A DNA stretch of 64,000 nt from Longimicrobiales bacterium (GTDB taxonomy: Bacteria; Gemmatimonadota; Gemmatimonadetes; Longimicrobiales; Gaopeijiaceae). Under the pieces are notes generated by a model. The model saw nothing but the letters and a program-made list of their open reading frames with translations. It searched no databases and was not told where the DNA came from. Shown one piece after another: positions 22,576 through 32,455 of this stretch; the stretch's first letter is position 1; the number at the start of each line of letters is the position of its first letter. The stretch is from assembly GCA_965202805.1 (NCBI GenBank), contig OZ241869.1, positions 704,001 to 768,000 on the forward strand, read 5' to 3'. The position numbers were made by a program, and so were the translations under genes.

Positions 22576-22953
22576 ATGAGCGCAGCCGGAGATCTGGGAC
22601 GCGAGGGCGAAGCCATCGCCGCGCGCCATCTCGAGGACGCGGGCTGGACCGTGCTGGAACGCAACTACCGCGCGGGGCGCAACGAGGTCGACCTGATCGT
22701 GAGTCGCGGGCGCACGGTGGCTTTCGTGGAGGTCAAGGCGCGGCGGGGAGATGGCTTCGGTCACCCGCTCGAGGCCATCACGGCACGCAAGAAGGGCGAG
22801 ATCGCCAAGGTCGCCCGCGCGTGGTTGCGGGCGCGCGGAGGCCTCAGGGGATTGTCGTTGCGCTTCGACGCGGTGGCGGTCCGGTTCGGCGCCGCCCGCG
22901 ATCCGTCGGAAGCTCCGCGCATCGAGCATGTCGCCGATGCGTGGCGCCTGTAG
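22576..22953 (+). CDS. yraN: YraN-family (UPF0102) putative nuclease
   Basis: Motifs LGREGEAIA, LERNYR, EVDLI, FVEVKAR and RFDAVAV. Confidence 0.9.
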   Translation: MSAAGDLGREGEAIAARHLEDAGWTVLERNYRAGRNEVDLIVSRGRTVAFVEVKARRGDGFGHPLEAITARKKGEIAKVARAWLRARGGLRGLSLRFDAVAVRFGAARDPSEAPRIEHVADAWRL

Positions 22954-23028
22954 CCGCAGCTCGGGATTCCATTCGCTCGAGCGCCGGCGGGAGCTCCGTC
23001 AACGGCTGCGCGTGACCGCGCTTCCGCC

Positions 23029-23057
23029 TTGACGCGCGGCACCCCCGAATCCAGATT
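23029..23057 (+). promoter_or_regulatory. Sigma70-type promoter of the SRP RNA
   Basis: TTGACG (23029-23034), 17 nt, then CAGATT (23052-23057), ending about 6 nt before the RNA 5' end. Confidence 0.6.
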
Positions 23058-23062
23058 GCGGC

Positions 23063-23163
23063 GTGCCCCAGGTCCGCAGAGCGAAGACCCACCGAACCCC
23101 GTCAGGGCCGTGCAGGCAGCAGCGGTACGTGCGGCGATCGCGGCTGCGGCTCACCTGGGGCAT
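23063..23163 (+). ncRNA. ffs: Small signal recognition particle RNA (4.5S)
   Basis: Terminal stem TGCCCCAGGT/ACCTGGGGCA encloses the helix-8 core GAACCCCGTCAGGGCC-GTGCA-GGCAGCAGCGG. It lies upstream of dnaX-ybaB-recR, a known conserved arrangement. Confidence 0.9.
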
Positions 23164-23190
23164 TCCCTTTTCTCCCGCAGCTGAATCCGC

Positions 23191-24951
23191 GTGTCCCATA
23201 CCGCGCTAGCCCGCAAGTACCGTCCCCGGCGCTTCGCCGAGGTGGCGACCCAGGAACATGTCTCCGAGACGCTGCGGCGGGCGGTAAGCACGGGGCGCGC
23301 CGGCCACGCCTATCTTTTCTGCGGTCCGCGGGGCGTCGGCAAGACCACCCTGGCGCGCGTGTTGGCCATGGCGCTCAACTGCCCCGAGCGCAGCAGCGAG
23401 GGCGAACCCTGCGGGACCTGCGAGAGCTGCACGCTCATCTGGAGCGGTCGCACATCGCTGGATGTCGTGGAAATCGACGCGGCCTCCAACCGGGGTGTCG
23501 ACGACGCCCGCAGCCTGCGCGAGCGGGCGATGTACGCGCCCTCCGACGAGCATCGCTTCAAGGTCTATATCGTCGACGAAGCGCACATGCTCACCCGCGA
23601 GGCGTGGAACGCCCTCCTCAAGATCCTCGAGGAGCCGCCTCCGCGGGTGATGTTCATCTTCGCCACCACCGAACCCCAGCGCATCCAGCAGTCGGCATCG
23701 CCCATCCTCTCGCGCTGCCAGCGGTTCGACTTCCGGCGCGTCGGGGTGGCCGACATCGTGGCCAGGCTCGAACAGGTGATCGAAAGCGAGCAGGCCCGGG
23801 CCTCCAGCGAAGCGTTGCGCATCATCGCTCGCAAGGCCGATGGCGGGATGCGCGACGCCCTCTCCCTTCTCGATCAGGTTCTGGCGCTCACCGGGGGCGA
23901 GGTCGCGGCCCGGTCGGTGCGGGAGGTGCTCGGTCTGGTCGAGGAGGAACGATTTCTCGAGCTCTTCGACATCATCCACGGGCATCGCCACCGGGACGTC
24001 TTCGCCTTCGTCGAGGCGCTCGTGGACGAGGGCTACGACCTGGTGGAGTTCTATCACGGACTGGTGGAAAGCCTGCGCCTGCTCCTGCGGGTCCGTCTGG
24101 ACGGCGAAGGATCCGTCGATGCGGGGAACGAGTACCGCGCCGCCCTGGAGGCGCGCGCACGCGACTTCGAAGCCGCCGATCTGGTGCGCATGCTGGCGAT
24201 GGCAGCCGATCTGGAGTCGCAGGGCAGCCTGAAGCGGGTGAGCCAGCCGCGCGTGCTGATTGAACTGCTTCTGCTGCGTCTGAGCTATCTGGATCGCACC
24301 GTCCGAATCGAGGATCTGATCGAGGCGCTCGGGGGCGCGCCCGCGCGCGCGCAGGCGGACCCGGAGCCGACCCCGTCCCGCCCCGCACCTGCGTCCCGCC
24401 CGAAGCCCGGGCGGAAGCCGCGCGCGGCGACGCGCACCACGGCCTCCGCAAACTCCGGTTCCAGCCCTCCTCCATCCTCGGACGCCTCCTCCGAGCCTCA
24501 GCCCGCGAAACCCCGGCTGGCTTCGTCCGTGGTCGCCTCGCCGGCTCCGGAGCCGGTCCCGCCTTCCGTCGCCGCCGACGGGGATCCCGCCGCGGCGTTC
24601 GAGCGCCTGCTTGCCACGGGCCGAGGCATGCTGCGCGGCGGCCTGACCACCGTCCTTCGGGGTGCCCGTGTGGAGAACGCCGGGGAGCGCGGACTCCGTG
24701 TCGCCCTTCCTCACGGCATGACGCGCGAGGATCTTCCCCCCAACTCCGTCCCGTCCCTCCGGAAGGCGCTGGCCGATCACCTCGGCTACGCGCCGGAGAT
24801 CGACTTCGACGAAGGCCCGAACGAGCGCCCTTCCGGACCCCCCCCGGCGTCTCCGGAACAGATGCGGCAGGAGCGTCTCGAGGAGCTGGTGGAGCGGGAA
24901 CCACTCCTGGCACGGGCGGTAGAAGAACTCGATCTCGAACTGGTGGATTAG
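23191..24951 (+). CDS. dnaX: DNA polymerase III subunit gamma/tau
   Basis: Motifs ALARKYRP, GPRGVGKTT, a Cys cluster, EIDAASNRGVD, IVDEAHML and SRCQRF. Confidence 0.97.
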   Translation: MSHTALARKYRPRRFAEVATQEHVSETLRRAVSTGRAGHAYLFCGPRGVGKTTLARVLAMALNCPERSSEGEPCGTCESCTLIWSGRTSLDVVEIDAASNRGVDDARSLRERAMYAPSDEHRFKVYIVDEAHMLTREAWNALLKILEEPPPRVMFIFATTEPQRIQQSASPILSRCQRFDFRRVGVADIVARLEQVIESEQARASSEALRIIARKADGGMRDALSLLDQVLALTGGEVAARSVREVLGLVEEERFLELFDIIHGHRHRDVFAFVEALVDEGYDLVEFYHGLVESLRLLLRVRLDGEGSVDAGNEYRAALEARARDFEAADLVRMLAMAADLESQGSLKRVSQPRVLIELLLLRLSYLDRTVRIEDLIEALGGAPARAQADPEPTPSRPAPASRPKPGRKPRAATRTTASANSGSSPPPSSDASSEPQPAKPRLASSVVASPAPEPVPPSVAADGDPAAAFERLLATGRGMLRGGLTTVLRGARVENAGERGLRVALPHGMTREDLPPNSVPSLRKALADHLGYAPEIDFDEGPNERPSGPPPASPEQMRQERLEELVEREPLLARAVEELDLELVD

Positions 24952-24999
24952 CACTCCCCGGATGCATCTCCTTCACACCCTCGCCTTGAGAATCCCTCG

Positions 25000-25323
25000 A
25001 TGAAAGATCTGCAGCGGCTCATCCAGTTGGGACAGCAGATGCAGAGCCGGGTCACCGAGCTCCAGGAGACACTGGACCGCCAGGAGCTGAGGGCGTCCTC
25101 CGGCGGAGGCATGGTCACCGCGGTGGTGGACGGCAAGGGTACCGTGCGGAGCATCACGATCGAGCCTTCGGCAGTGGATCCCGACGATGTCGAGATGCTG
25201 GAGGATCTGGTTCTGGCCGCGGTGGCGGAGGCGCAGAACAAGGCGCGCCGGCACTACGAGGGCGAGATGAAGAAGATGACCGGCGGGTTTCCGATGCCGG
25301 GACAGCTTCCCAAGCTCTTCTAG
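25000..25323 (+). CDS. ybaB: YbaB/EbfC nucleoid-associated protein
   Basis: Motifs SSGGGMVTAVVDG and DVEMLEDLVLAA. Lies between dnaX and recR. Confidence 0.93.
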   Translation: MKDLQRLIQLGQQMQSRVTELQETLDRQELRASSGGGMVTAVVDGKGTVRSITIEPSAVDPDDVEMLEDLVLAAVAEAQNKARRHYEGEMKKMTGGFPMPGQLPKLF

Positions 25324-25412
25324 AGCAGTTCACGGGCTGCTGGTATCCTGTTCCCGCTGGCGGACGACCGGGCGGGCAGCGGGCGCCGGGCAGACTTGCG
25401 CGGGAAGCCTCC

Positions 25413-26006
25413 ATGTCGGTAATCGACCGGGTCACCGGCGAGTTCTCCCGGCTCCCGGGGGTCGGTCCCAGGACGGCGCTCCGCCTGGTGCATCACCTGC
25501 TGCGCACCGGCCCGGACGAATCCCTGAGGCTCGCCGCCGCCGTCAAGACCCTGGCGGAGCGCGTGCGTCCCTGCGCCAGATGCGGGAACTTCGGCGACGA
25601 AGAGTTCTGCGCGATATGTTCCAACCCGCGGCGCGACGCCTCCACCATCTGCGTGGTCGAGGGGAGCTTCGATGTCGGGGCGGTGGAGCGCACCGGAAGG
25701 TACGGGGGGGTGTACCACGTGCTGGGCGGTCGCCTGTCCCCGCTGGACGGGATCGGGCCCGAGGAGTTGAACCTGCGGGCGCTGTTCGAGCGCATCCGTT
25801 CGACGGAGGGAGGAGTACGCGAGGTCATTCTTGCCACCAGCCCGCGGGTTGAGGGCGAGGCGACGGCGGTGTATATCGAACGTCAGCTCAGGCCGACGGG
25901 CCTGAGGGTGACGCGTCTGGCCACGGGCGTTCCGGTGGGCAGCGACCTGGAATTCGTGGATGGAACGACGCTCGCACAGGCACTGGAGATGCGCCGTGAA
26001 ATGTAG
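25413..26006 (+). CDS. recR: Recombination mediator RecR
   Basis: HhH (LPGVGPRTA), C4 zinc finger and Toprim (YHVLGGRLSPLDG, EGEATA). Confidence 0.96.
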   Translation: MSVIDRVTGEFSRLPGVGPRTALRLVHHLLRTGPDESLRLAAAVKTLAERVRPCARCGNFGDEEFCAICSNPRRDASTICVVEGSFDVGAVERTGRYGGVYHVLGGRLSPLDGIGPEELNLRALFERIRSTEGGVREVILATSPRVEGEATAVYIERQLRPTGLRVTRLATGVPVGSDLEFVDGTTLAQALEMRREM

Positions 26007-26042
26007 GAACCGGAATCACCGCCCGGGGGGTGGAGCCAGCAG

Positions 26043-26357
26043 ATGAACAAGAAGCTGAAGAAGGCGGGGCTGGTGGCGTTGCTGGTCGTGGCGGTCGGAG
26101 GTGTCGCGGTTCTGATCGCGCACGACCAGATGACCCGGCACCAGAGGGACCTCTTCAGCCCCCGGGTCTTTCGTCGGCTGGCGGCTCTGGGACACATGGC
26201 GCGCGCCCGCGCCTCCGTGAACACGGTAAACCTGCTCAGGGACTACATGGCCTGGGAGCCCCGCAAGCTGCTCCGCGACCGGGCCCGGGCCATCGAGACG
26301 CGGATGGAGCGCGAGCTGGCGGTTCTGGACACCGGACTGAGCGAGAAGATGGCGTGA
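26043..26357 (+). CDS. Hypothetical small membrane-anchored protein
   Basis: Basic N-terminus plus hydrophobic helix, GC3-rich codons, and it fills the gap in the operon. Confidence 0.75.
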   Translation: MNKKLKKAGLVALLVVAVGGVAVLIAHDQMTRHQRDLFSPRVFRRLAALGHMARARASVNTVNLLRDYMAWEPRKLLRDRARAIETRMERELAVLDTGLSEKMA

Positions 26358-26361
26358 ACCC

Positions 26362-26940
<579 letters not shown>

Positions 26941-26948
26941 GGTCCGGC

Positions 26949-27590
26949 ATGGCGAGCCAACGGAATCTGCCCAATATCATTACGCTTTCGCGGATCGCGG
27001 TCTGTCCCGCGATCTTCTTCCTGGCCCTGTCCTCCGACGGCACGGTCCTCGCGGCCACGTTCGGGCTCTTTCTGGCAGCGGCGCTGAGCGACGTGTGGGA
27101 CGGTTACCTGGCGCGCAAGCACAACCTCATCAGCGACGTCGGCAAGCTGCTGGACCCCATCGCCGACAAGCTGCTGATGGCGTCCACCCTCGTGCCCATC
27201 TATATCGTCTCGCACCGTCCGGAGGCCGGAGGCGAGATCCCCTGGTGGGGCGAGCTTCCCCTCTGGGTGCTCGTGGTGCTTTTCGGGCGCGAGCTGATGG
27301 TGACCCTGCTGCGGGGCTTCGCCGTGCGCCAGGGGGTGGTGATCGCCGCGGACCGTTCAGGGAAGTACAAGGCCCTCCTGCAGAACGTGTTCATGGGGGC
27401 CGTGCTCCTCTGGTATGCCCTGGGCCGCTTCGCCGAGCAGGAAAGCTGGAGCGGGACCATCTGGGATGCGTGGGTCCACTTCCACAGCGCGATCATCGGC
27501 CTGACCCTGCTGCTGGCGCTGGTGCTGACGATCTACTCGATGTGCCTCTATTTCTGGCGCAACCGGGGCCTGGCCGGGAGCAACCGCTGA
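26949..27590 (+). CDS. pgsA: CDP-alcohol phosphatidyltransferase (PgsA-like)
   Basis: Motifs NLPNIITLSR and DVWDGYLARK...GKLLDPIADK. Confidence 0.88.
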   Translation: MASQRNLPNIITLSRIAVCPAIFFLALSSDGTVLAATFGLFLAAALSDVWDGYLARKHNLISDVGKLLDPIADKLLMASTLVPIYIVSHRPEAGGEIPWWGELPLWVLVVLFGRELMVTLLRGFAVRQGVVIAADRSGKYKALLQNVFMGAVLLWYALGRFAEQESWSGTIWDAWVHFHSAIIGLTLLLALVLTIYSMCLYFWRNRGLAGSNR

Positions 27591-28864
27591 CCCGAACGGC
27601 GCTCCCTCCCGCCAACTGCGCCATCGTGGCGGTGGGCGACGAGCTTCTGGCCGGCTTCACCGTCGACACGAACGGTGCCTGGATGGGCCGGCGCGCGGCG
27701 AGCCTGGGACTTCCGGTGCGGGCGCGGTTCGTCGTCGGGGACAGCGCGCGGGACATTCGGGGGGCTCTCTCTCGCGCCCTCGATGTTGCCGATGTCGTGC
27801 TGGTCACGGGGGGCCTGGGTCCCACCGGCGACGACATCACGCGGGAAGTCGTGGCCGAGGCGCTCGGCAGGCCCCTTCACCTTGACGAGGTTCTGCTCGA
27901 GGAACTCAGGGCTCGATGGGCGACCTGGCGCCGGACTCCGCTGCCGGCCGGCAACGAGCGCATGGCGCAGGTGCCCGAGGGCGCGCTGGTTCTTCCCAAC
28001 CGGGTCGGGACCGCCCCCGGGCTGGTGCTGGACGTGGAGGGACGGATGGTCGTGCTCCTTCCCGGCGTGCCCGCGGAGTTGCGCGGGCTGTTCGACGAGG
28101 GCCTGGCGCCGCTGCTGCGCGCGCGGCTGGGGGACCGGCTCCTGCCGCTGGTCCACCGCGTCTTTCACACCACCGGCATCGCGGAGTCCTCGCTCGCCGA
28201 GCGCATCGACGCAGGGCTTCCCGGCAACATCGGTCCGGTGTCCATCGCCTTCCTGCCGCGGCTCACCGGGGTCGACGTCCGTTTGAGCGCGCGCGCGACC
28301 CCGGATGATCCCCGGGCGACCCGCGGGCTCGATCGGGTCGAGGCGCTGGTGGAGCCGATCCTGCGCCCGTACCGCTACCCGGCGGCGAGCGGGGACATCG
28401 TCGAGTGCATCGCGGCGGAGATGACGGCGTCCGGGCGCACGCTCGCGGTGGCGGAAAGCTGCACGGGAGGGCTGGTGGCGCGGCGCATCACGGAGCTGGC
28501 GGGATCCTCGGCGTATTTCCTGGGCGGGATGGTCACCTATGCGGACGAGGCCAAGCGCGCCCATCTGGGGATTCCCGGCGAGCTGCTGGCCCGAAAGGGG
28601 GCCGTGTCCGAGGAGGTGGCGCGCGCCATGGCCGAGGGGGTGGCGCGGGCCTTCGGCGCCGATGCCGGGCTGGCCGTGACCGGGGTGGCGGGGCCGGGCG
28701 GGGGATCGGACGAGAAGCCCGTCGGCACGGTGTGGTACGCGGTTCACCTGGACGGTCGCACCAGGGCGCGCCGGAGCATCTTTCCCGGCGCGCGCCGCGC
28801 GGTACGCGAGCGCAGCGCCCAGGCGGTGCTGGCGCTTCTGTACCGGATGCTGCGGGGGCGCTGA
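27587..28864 (+). CDS. cinA: Competence/damage-inducible protein CinA (MoCF domain + PncC NMN deamidase)
   Basis: Motifs VGDELLAG..VDTN, TGGLGPTGDDITR, AESCTGG, GSSAYF and TGVAGPGGG. Start is probably CTG 27587, with a GGGAG RBS. Confidence 0.92.
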   Translation: MTRTALPPANCAIVAVGDELLAGFTVDTNGAWMGRRAASLGLPVRARFVVGDSARDIRGALSRALDVADVVLVTGGLGPTGDDITREVVAEALGRPLHLDEVLLEELRARWATWRRTPLPAGNERMAQVPEGALVLPNRVGTAPGLVLDVEGRMVVLLPGVPAELRGLFDEGLAPLLRARLGDRLLPLVHRVFHTTGIAESSLAERIDAGLPGNIGPVSIAFLPRLTGVDVRLSARATPDDPRATRGLDRVEALVEPILRPYRYPAASGDIVECIAAEMTASGRTLAVAESCTGGLVARRITELAGSSAYFLGGMVTYADEAKRAHLGIPGELLARKGAVSEEVARAMAEGVARAFGADAGLAVTGVAGPGGGSDEKPVGTVWYAVHLDGRTRARRSIFPGARRAVRERSAQAVLALLYRMLRGR

Positions 28865-28898
28865 GTTCGTCCACCGGTCCCGGCGCGTCCCGCGATAC

Positions 28899-28935
28899 CC
28901 ACTACCGGTAGTGGCATCCCCACTACGGGTAGTGG
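28899..28935. repeat. Two tandem 16-bp palindromes at 21-bp period
   Basis: CCACTACCGGTAGTGG (28899-28914) and CCACTACGGGTAGTGG (28920-28935). Confidence 0.85.
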
Positions 28936-28965
28936 TTTCCGGTTCGTTCCGCACCTCGGCGCGGC

Positions 28966-29859
28966 TCAGCGCAGCCAGTCCTCCAGGGCGGTGGCCAGAT
29001 CCGTTCCGGCGTCCCGGTACTTGACGATGACCGGCGCATATAGCGACAGCCCGTGCGCGCGGCCCCACTCCCGGGTGACCGCCCGCCCCCCGGACACGAC
29101 CACGGCGTCCTCGGGAATCTCGAGCGGCCGGGAGGGACCGGCGCGATACACCTCCTCGCGCACCAGGTCGAAGACCGGCGTCCCCCGGGTCAGGACGACC
29201 CCCGCCGCCAGGACGGCTCCGCACCGCACCACCGTCCCCTCGTAGACGCCCGCGTTGCCCCCCACCAGCACGTCATCCTCGATCACGACCGGGGCGGCTC
29301 CCACGGGCTCCAGGACGCCACCGATCTGGGCCGCCGCGCTCAGGTGCACGCGTTCGCCGATCTGGGCGCACGAGCCTACCAGCGCGTGCGAGTCGATCAT
29401 GCTGCCCGCCCCCACCCAGGCGCCCACGTTCACGTACATGGGAGGCATGCACACCACCCCCGGACCGACGTAGGCCCCGCGGCGGACGGCCGAGCCGCCG
29501 GGCACCACCCGGACGCCCTCGCCGGCGGCGAAGCGGCGCACGGGCAGGTTGTGCTTGTCCAGGAAGGCGGAGGGAGATTCCGGATCGACCGGCTTCCCGC
29601 CGGGGGCGGCGACCGGCGTGATGCGCCCGCTGCGAAACGCCACCAGGATGCCCCGCTTCACCCACGGCACCGCCGCCCATGAGCCATCGTCCCTCTTCAC
29701 CGCGGAGCGCAGCGATCCTTCCTCCAGGTGAGCCAGCAACTCGCCCACGACCTCCCCGGCGGTCTCCGGAAGCGTCTCTCCGGCGGGCCAGCCGTGGAGC
29801 GCGTCGATGCGCTCTTCGAGGGTTGCCCCCGGCGCCGGAGCGGCTGCGTTGCGGCTCAT
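28966..29859 (-). CDS. dapD: Tetrahydrodipicolinate N-succinyltransferase
   Basis: Motifs WVKRGIL, RVVPGG, YVNVGAWV, LVGSCAQIG and IGGVLEP. Confidence 0.94.
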   Translation of the reverse strand: MSRNAAAPAPGATLEERIDALHGWPAGETLPETAGEVVGELLAHLEEGSLRSAVKRDDGSWAAVPWVKRGILVAFRSGRITPVAAPGGKPVDPESPSAFLDKHNLPVRRFAAGEGVRVVPGGSAVRRGAYVGPGVVCMPPMYVNVGAWVGAGSMIDSHALVGSCAQIGERVHLSAAAQIGGVLEPVGAAPVVIEDDVLVGGNAGVYEGTVVRCGAVLAAGVVLTRGTPVFDLVREEVYRAGPSRPLEIPEDAVVVSGGRAVTREWGRAHGLSLYAPVIVKYRDAGTDLATALEDWLR

Positions 29860-30743
29860 GTGCCCTCCGCGGCCCGCACCGCCGCCGCAACGGCCGCGCG
29901 ATTGGCCTCGGCAAGCGGGGCGAGGGGCAGCCGGACCCGCGGATGGATGCGCCCCATCATTCCCAGCGCCGCCTTGACCGGCACCGGGTTCGACTCCACG
30001 AACGCCATCCGCATCCAGTCGGCGAGGCGGTAGTGCAGGGCGCGCGCGCGCTGCAGATCAGCGCACGCCATCGCGCCCACCAGCTCCGCCATTGCGCGCG
30101 GTGTGGCGTTGCTGACCACCGAGATCACCCCGTCGGCGCCCAGCGCCATGAACGGGACGGTCATGGAATCGTCCCCCGACAGCAGGGTGAATCCGGCGGG
30201 CCTTCCACGGGCGATCTCCGCGACCTGGTCGCAGCTGCCCGCGGCTTCCTTGGTCCCCACGATGTTGGGGTGATCGGCCAGCGCCAGGGTGGTGGCCGCG
30301 GCGATGTTGCCGCCGGTGCGCCCCGGAACGTTGTAGAGCACCACGGGGCAGGGCGCCGCGTCGGCGACGGCGGTGAAGTGCTCGATCAGCCCGCGCTGCT
30401 GCGGGCGGTTGTACGGGGGCGAAACGTGCATCAGGTGGGTGACCCCGGTCGACGCGATCCTGAGCGAGAGGTCGATCGCCTCGGCCGTATCGTTCGATCC
30501 CGCTCCTCCCATGACGGGGACGCGTCCGGCGGCCTGTTCGACCGTGACCGCCACCACCCGCTCGTGCTCCTCGACCGAGAGTGTCGCCGCTTCCCCGGTG
30601 GAGCCCGCCGGCACCAGGAAGTCGACGCCCTGTTCGATCTGCCAGTCGACCAGCGACCGCAGCGCCGCCTCGTCCACCTCCCCCGATTCCCGGAACGGCG
30701 TCACCAGCGCCGTTCCGCATCCCCTGAGCATCTCGTGCTTCAC
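29856..30743 (-). CDS. dapA: 4-hydroxy-tetrahydrodipicolinate synthase
   Basis: Motifs TALVTPF, GSTGEAATL, YNVPGRTG, GTKEA and ESNPVPVK. GTG start overlaps the dapB stop. Confidence 0.95.
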   Translation of the reverse strand: MKHEMLRGCGTALVTPFRESGEVDEAALRSLVDWQIEQGVDFLVPAGSTGEAATLSVEEHERVVAVTVEQAAGRVPVMGGAGSNDTAEAIDLSLRIASTGVTHLMHVSPPYNRPQQRGLIEHFTAVADAAPCPVVLYNVPGRTGGNIAAATTLALADHPNIVGTKEAAGSCDQVAEIARGRPAGFTLLSGDDSMTVPFMALGADGVISVVSNATPRAMAELVGAMACADLQRARALHYRLADWMRMAFVESNPVPVKAALGMMGRIHPRVRLPLAPLAEANRAAVAAAVRAAEGT

Positions 30744-31450
30744 CCTGCCTCTCCCGCGAGAAGATCCCGCATGGTGTAGACTCCCTCGCGACCGACCAGC
30801 CACGCCGCCGCCCGGAGCGCGCCCTCCGCAAACACGTCGCGGTCGCGCGCTTCGTGGCGCAGGACGAGTCGTTCGCGGGGACCGTCGATCAATATCTCGT
30901 GTGTGCCGGGAACGTGCCCGGTCCGGATCGATGTCATGCGCGAGCTTCGGCCCAGTCCCTCTCCCAGCGACGCCTCCAGGGCGATGGCCGTGCCGGACGG
31001 GGCGTCCAGTTTGCCGGCGTGATGGGTTTCCACCACGTGCGTGTCGAACCCGCCCACACCGGCCAGGAGTTCGCCTGCCCTGTGCGCCAGCAACTGAAGG
31101 GCGACCGCGCCGAAGGAGAAATTGGGCGCCCACAGGAGGGCTCCTCCGCGCTTCTTCACCCATGCGGCGACCGCGGGCAGCTGGTCGGACCACCCCGTCG
31201 TGCCGGAGATGACGGGACACCCCGCCTCCACGCACAGGCGAATGTTCGAGGCGGCCGACGCGGGCGTGGTGAATTCGAGCGCCACGTCGGCCCCGGCGAT
31301 CCGGTCCCGGGCCGCCTCCCGGCGCGATTCCACATCCCGGCGCCCCAGCCGGGCCAGCACGTCGAAACGGCGAGACCGCGCGAGCGCGTCGATCGACCGG
31401 CCCATCCGCCCGGACCCGAGGATCACGATGCGGCGCGCAGGGTCGGTCAC
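30740..31450 (-). CDS. dapB: 4-hydroxy-tetrahydrodipicolinate reductase
   Basis: Motifs GSGRMG, ISGTTGW, APNFS and ETHHAGKLDAPSGTA. Start could instead be 31486. Confidence 0.93.
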   Translation of the reverse strand: MTDPARRIVILGSGRMGRSIDALARSRRFDVLARLGRRDVESRREAARDRIAGADVALEFTTPASAASNIRLCVEAGCPVISGTTGWSDQLPAVAAWVKKRGGALLWAPNFSFGAVALQLLAHRAGELLAGVGGFDTHVVETHHAGKLDAPSGTAIALEASLGEGLGRSSRMTSIRTGHVPGTHEILIDGPRERLVLRHEARDRDVFAEGALRAAAWLVGREGVYTMRDLLAGEAG

Positions 31451-31751
31451 GGCACCCGGTTGAATGCGCCCGTCATCCGCCGCCACGGGCTCTCCGCAGC
31501 TCCACGCCCCTCGTTCGGCCCGACCTGCGACTCCGCGCCGGCGCGACGTGCCACGCCCTCCCTCCGCTCTCTCCGCGTGCGTGCTCCCGGACGGACCGAC
31601 GCCGTCCGGGGGGAATGCCGGAATCTACCCTTTGGAACGCTGGTCGGTCCCCCGGGGTGGGGTAAAACCCACCCACTGGACATCTCGTTCGGTACCGGGG
31701 TATCGTTGCGAACCCGAAGCGCCGTCAACGCCTCAACTCGAATCGAGAGAG

Positions 31752-32441
31752 ATGAGTCTGAACACTTCCGACAACCACATGGACCCGGCGTCCGCAGCCG
31801 GTTCCGGGCATCCTGGGGATGAACCGGAAGCGAGCGCCTCGCCGGATGACGCGCGAGCCGATGCCCCGGGGCCGGAGACTTCCCGCGATGACGATTCCGC
31901 CGAGGGCGGGCCGCAGGGCGATGCCGACGCGGAGGCGCCTCTGGACGACGACGAACCCGGCGCGGACTCCCCGGACGGGTCCGGCCGGTCCAGGGGGTAT
32001 CTCGAACGCGAGATCGACCATCTCAACGACCGCCATCTGCGTCTCGCGGCGGAATTCGAGAACTACCGCAAAAGGGTTCGTGCCGAGAAGCGGGAAACCT
32101 GGGCGCGCGCCCAGGCGGACCTGGTGCGGCGCCTGGTGGACTCGGTCGACGACCTGCAGCGGGTCGCCCTGCTGGACCCGGAGACCGCGTCCGTGCAGGA
32201 CATCGTGGAAGGCGTCGACCTGGTGGAACGGAAGCTGCTGCGGGCGCTTGCGGACGCCGGCCTCGAGGTGCTCGACCCGGCCGGCGAGGACTTCGATCCC
32301 AACGTCATGGAGGCCGTCATGACGGCCCCTGCCTCCTCGGAGGACGAGGACGACACGGTGGACATGGTGCTACAGCGGGGATACCTGCTGGAGGGCCACC
32401 TGGTGCGGCCCGCGCGCGTCAGCGTGCGCAAGCACGACTAG
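31752..32441 (+). CDS. grpE: Nucleotide exchange factor GrpE
   Basis: Motifs [22 protein letters not shown] and [16 protein letters not shown], with an acidic disordered N-terminus. Confidence 0.95.
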   Translation: MSLNTSDNHMDPASAAGSGHPGDEPEASASPDDARADAPGPETSRDDDSAEGGPQGDADAEAPLDDDEPGADSPDGSGRSRGYLEREIDHLNDRHLRLAAEFENYRKRVRAEKRETWARAQADLVRRLVDSVDDLQRVALLDPETASVQDIVEGVDLVERKLLRALADAGLEVLDPAGEDFDPNVMEAVMTAPASSEDEDDTVDMVLQRGYLLEGHLVRPARVSVRKHD

Positions 32442-32455
32442 GGCGGCCGCGCTCG

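Noticed and set aside
23191..24951. Programmed -1 frameshift or slippage site in dnaX
   Set aside because: No A-AAA-AAG or long A/T run is visible in the gene.
24948..24975. TTAGCACTC, the left arm of a CIRCE element, at the dnaX stop
   Set aside because: The right arm GAGTGCTAA is absent 9 nt downstream, and the site does not precede a chaperone gene.
28899..28935. Assignment of the tandem palindromes as NrdR boxes
   Set aside because: The centre is CCGG/CGGG rather than AT-rich, and no nrd gene start is adjacent. Kept only as an unexplained repeat.
31451..31751. Lysine riboswitch upstream of dapB, or CIRCE upstream of grpE
   Set aside because: No recognisable conserved motifs. There is only a weak hairpin and a possible TGGACA-18-TATCGT promoter, too weak to call.
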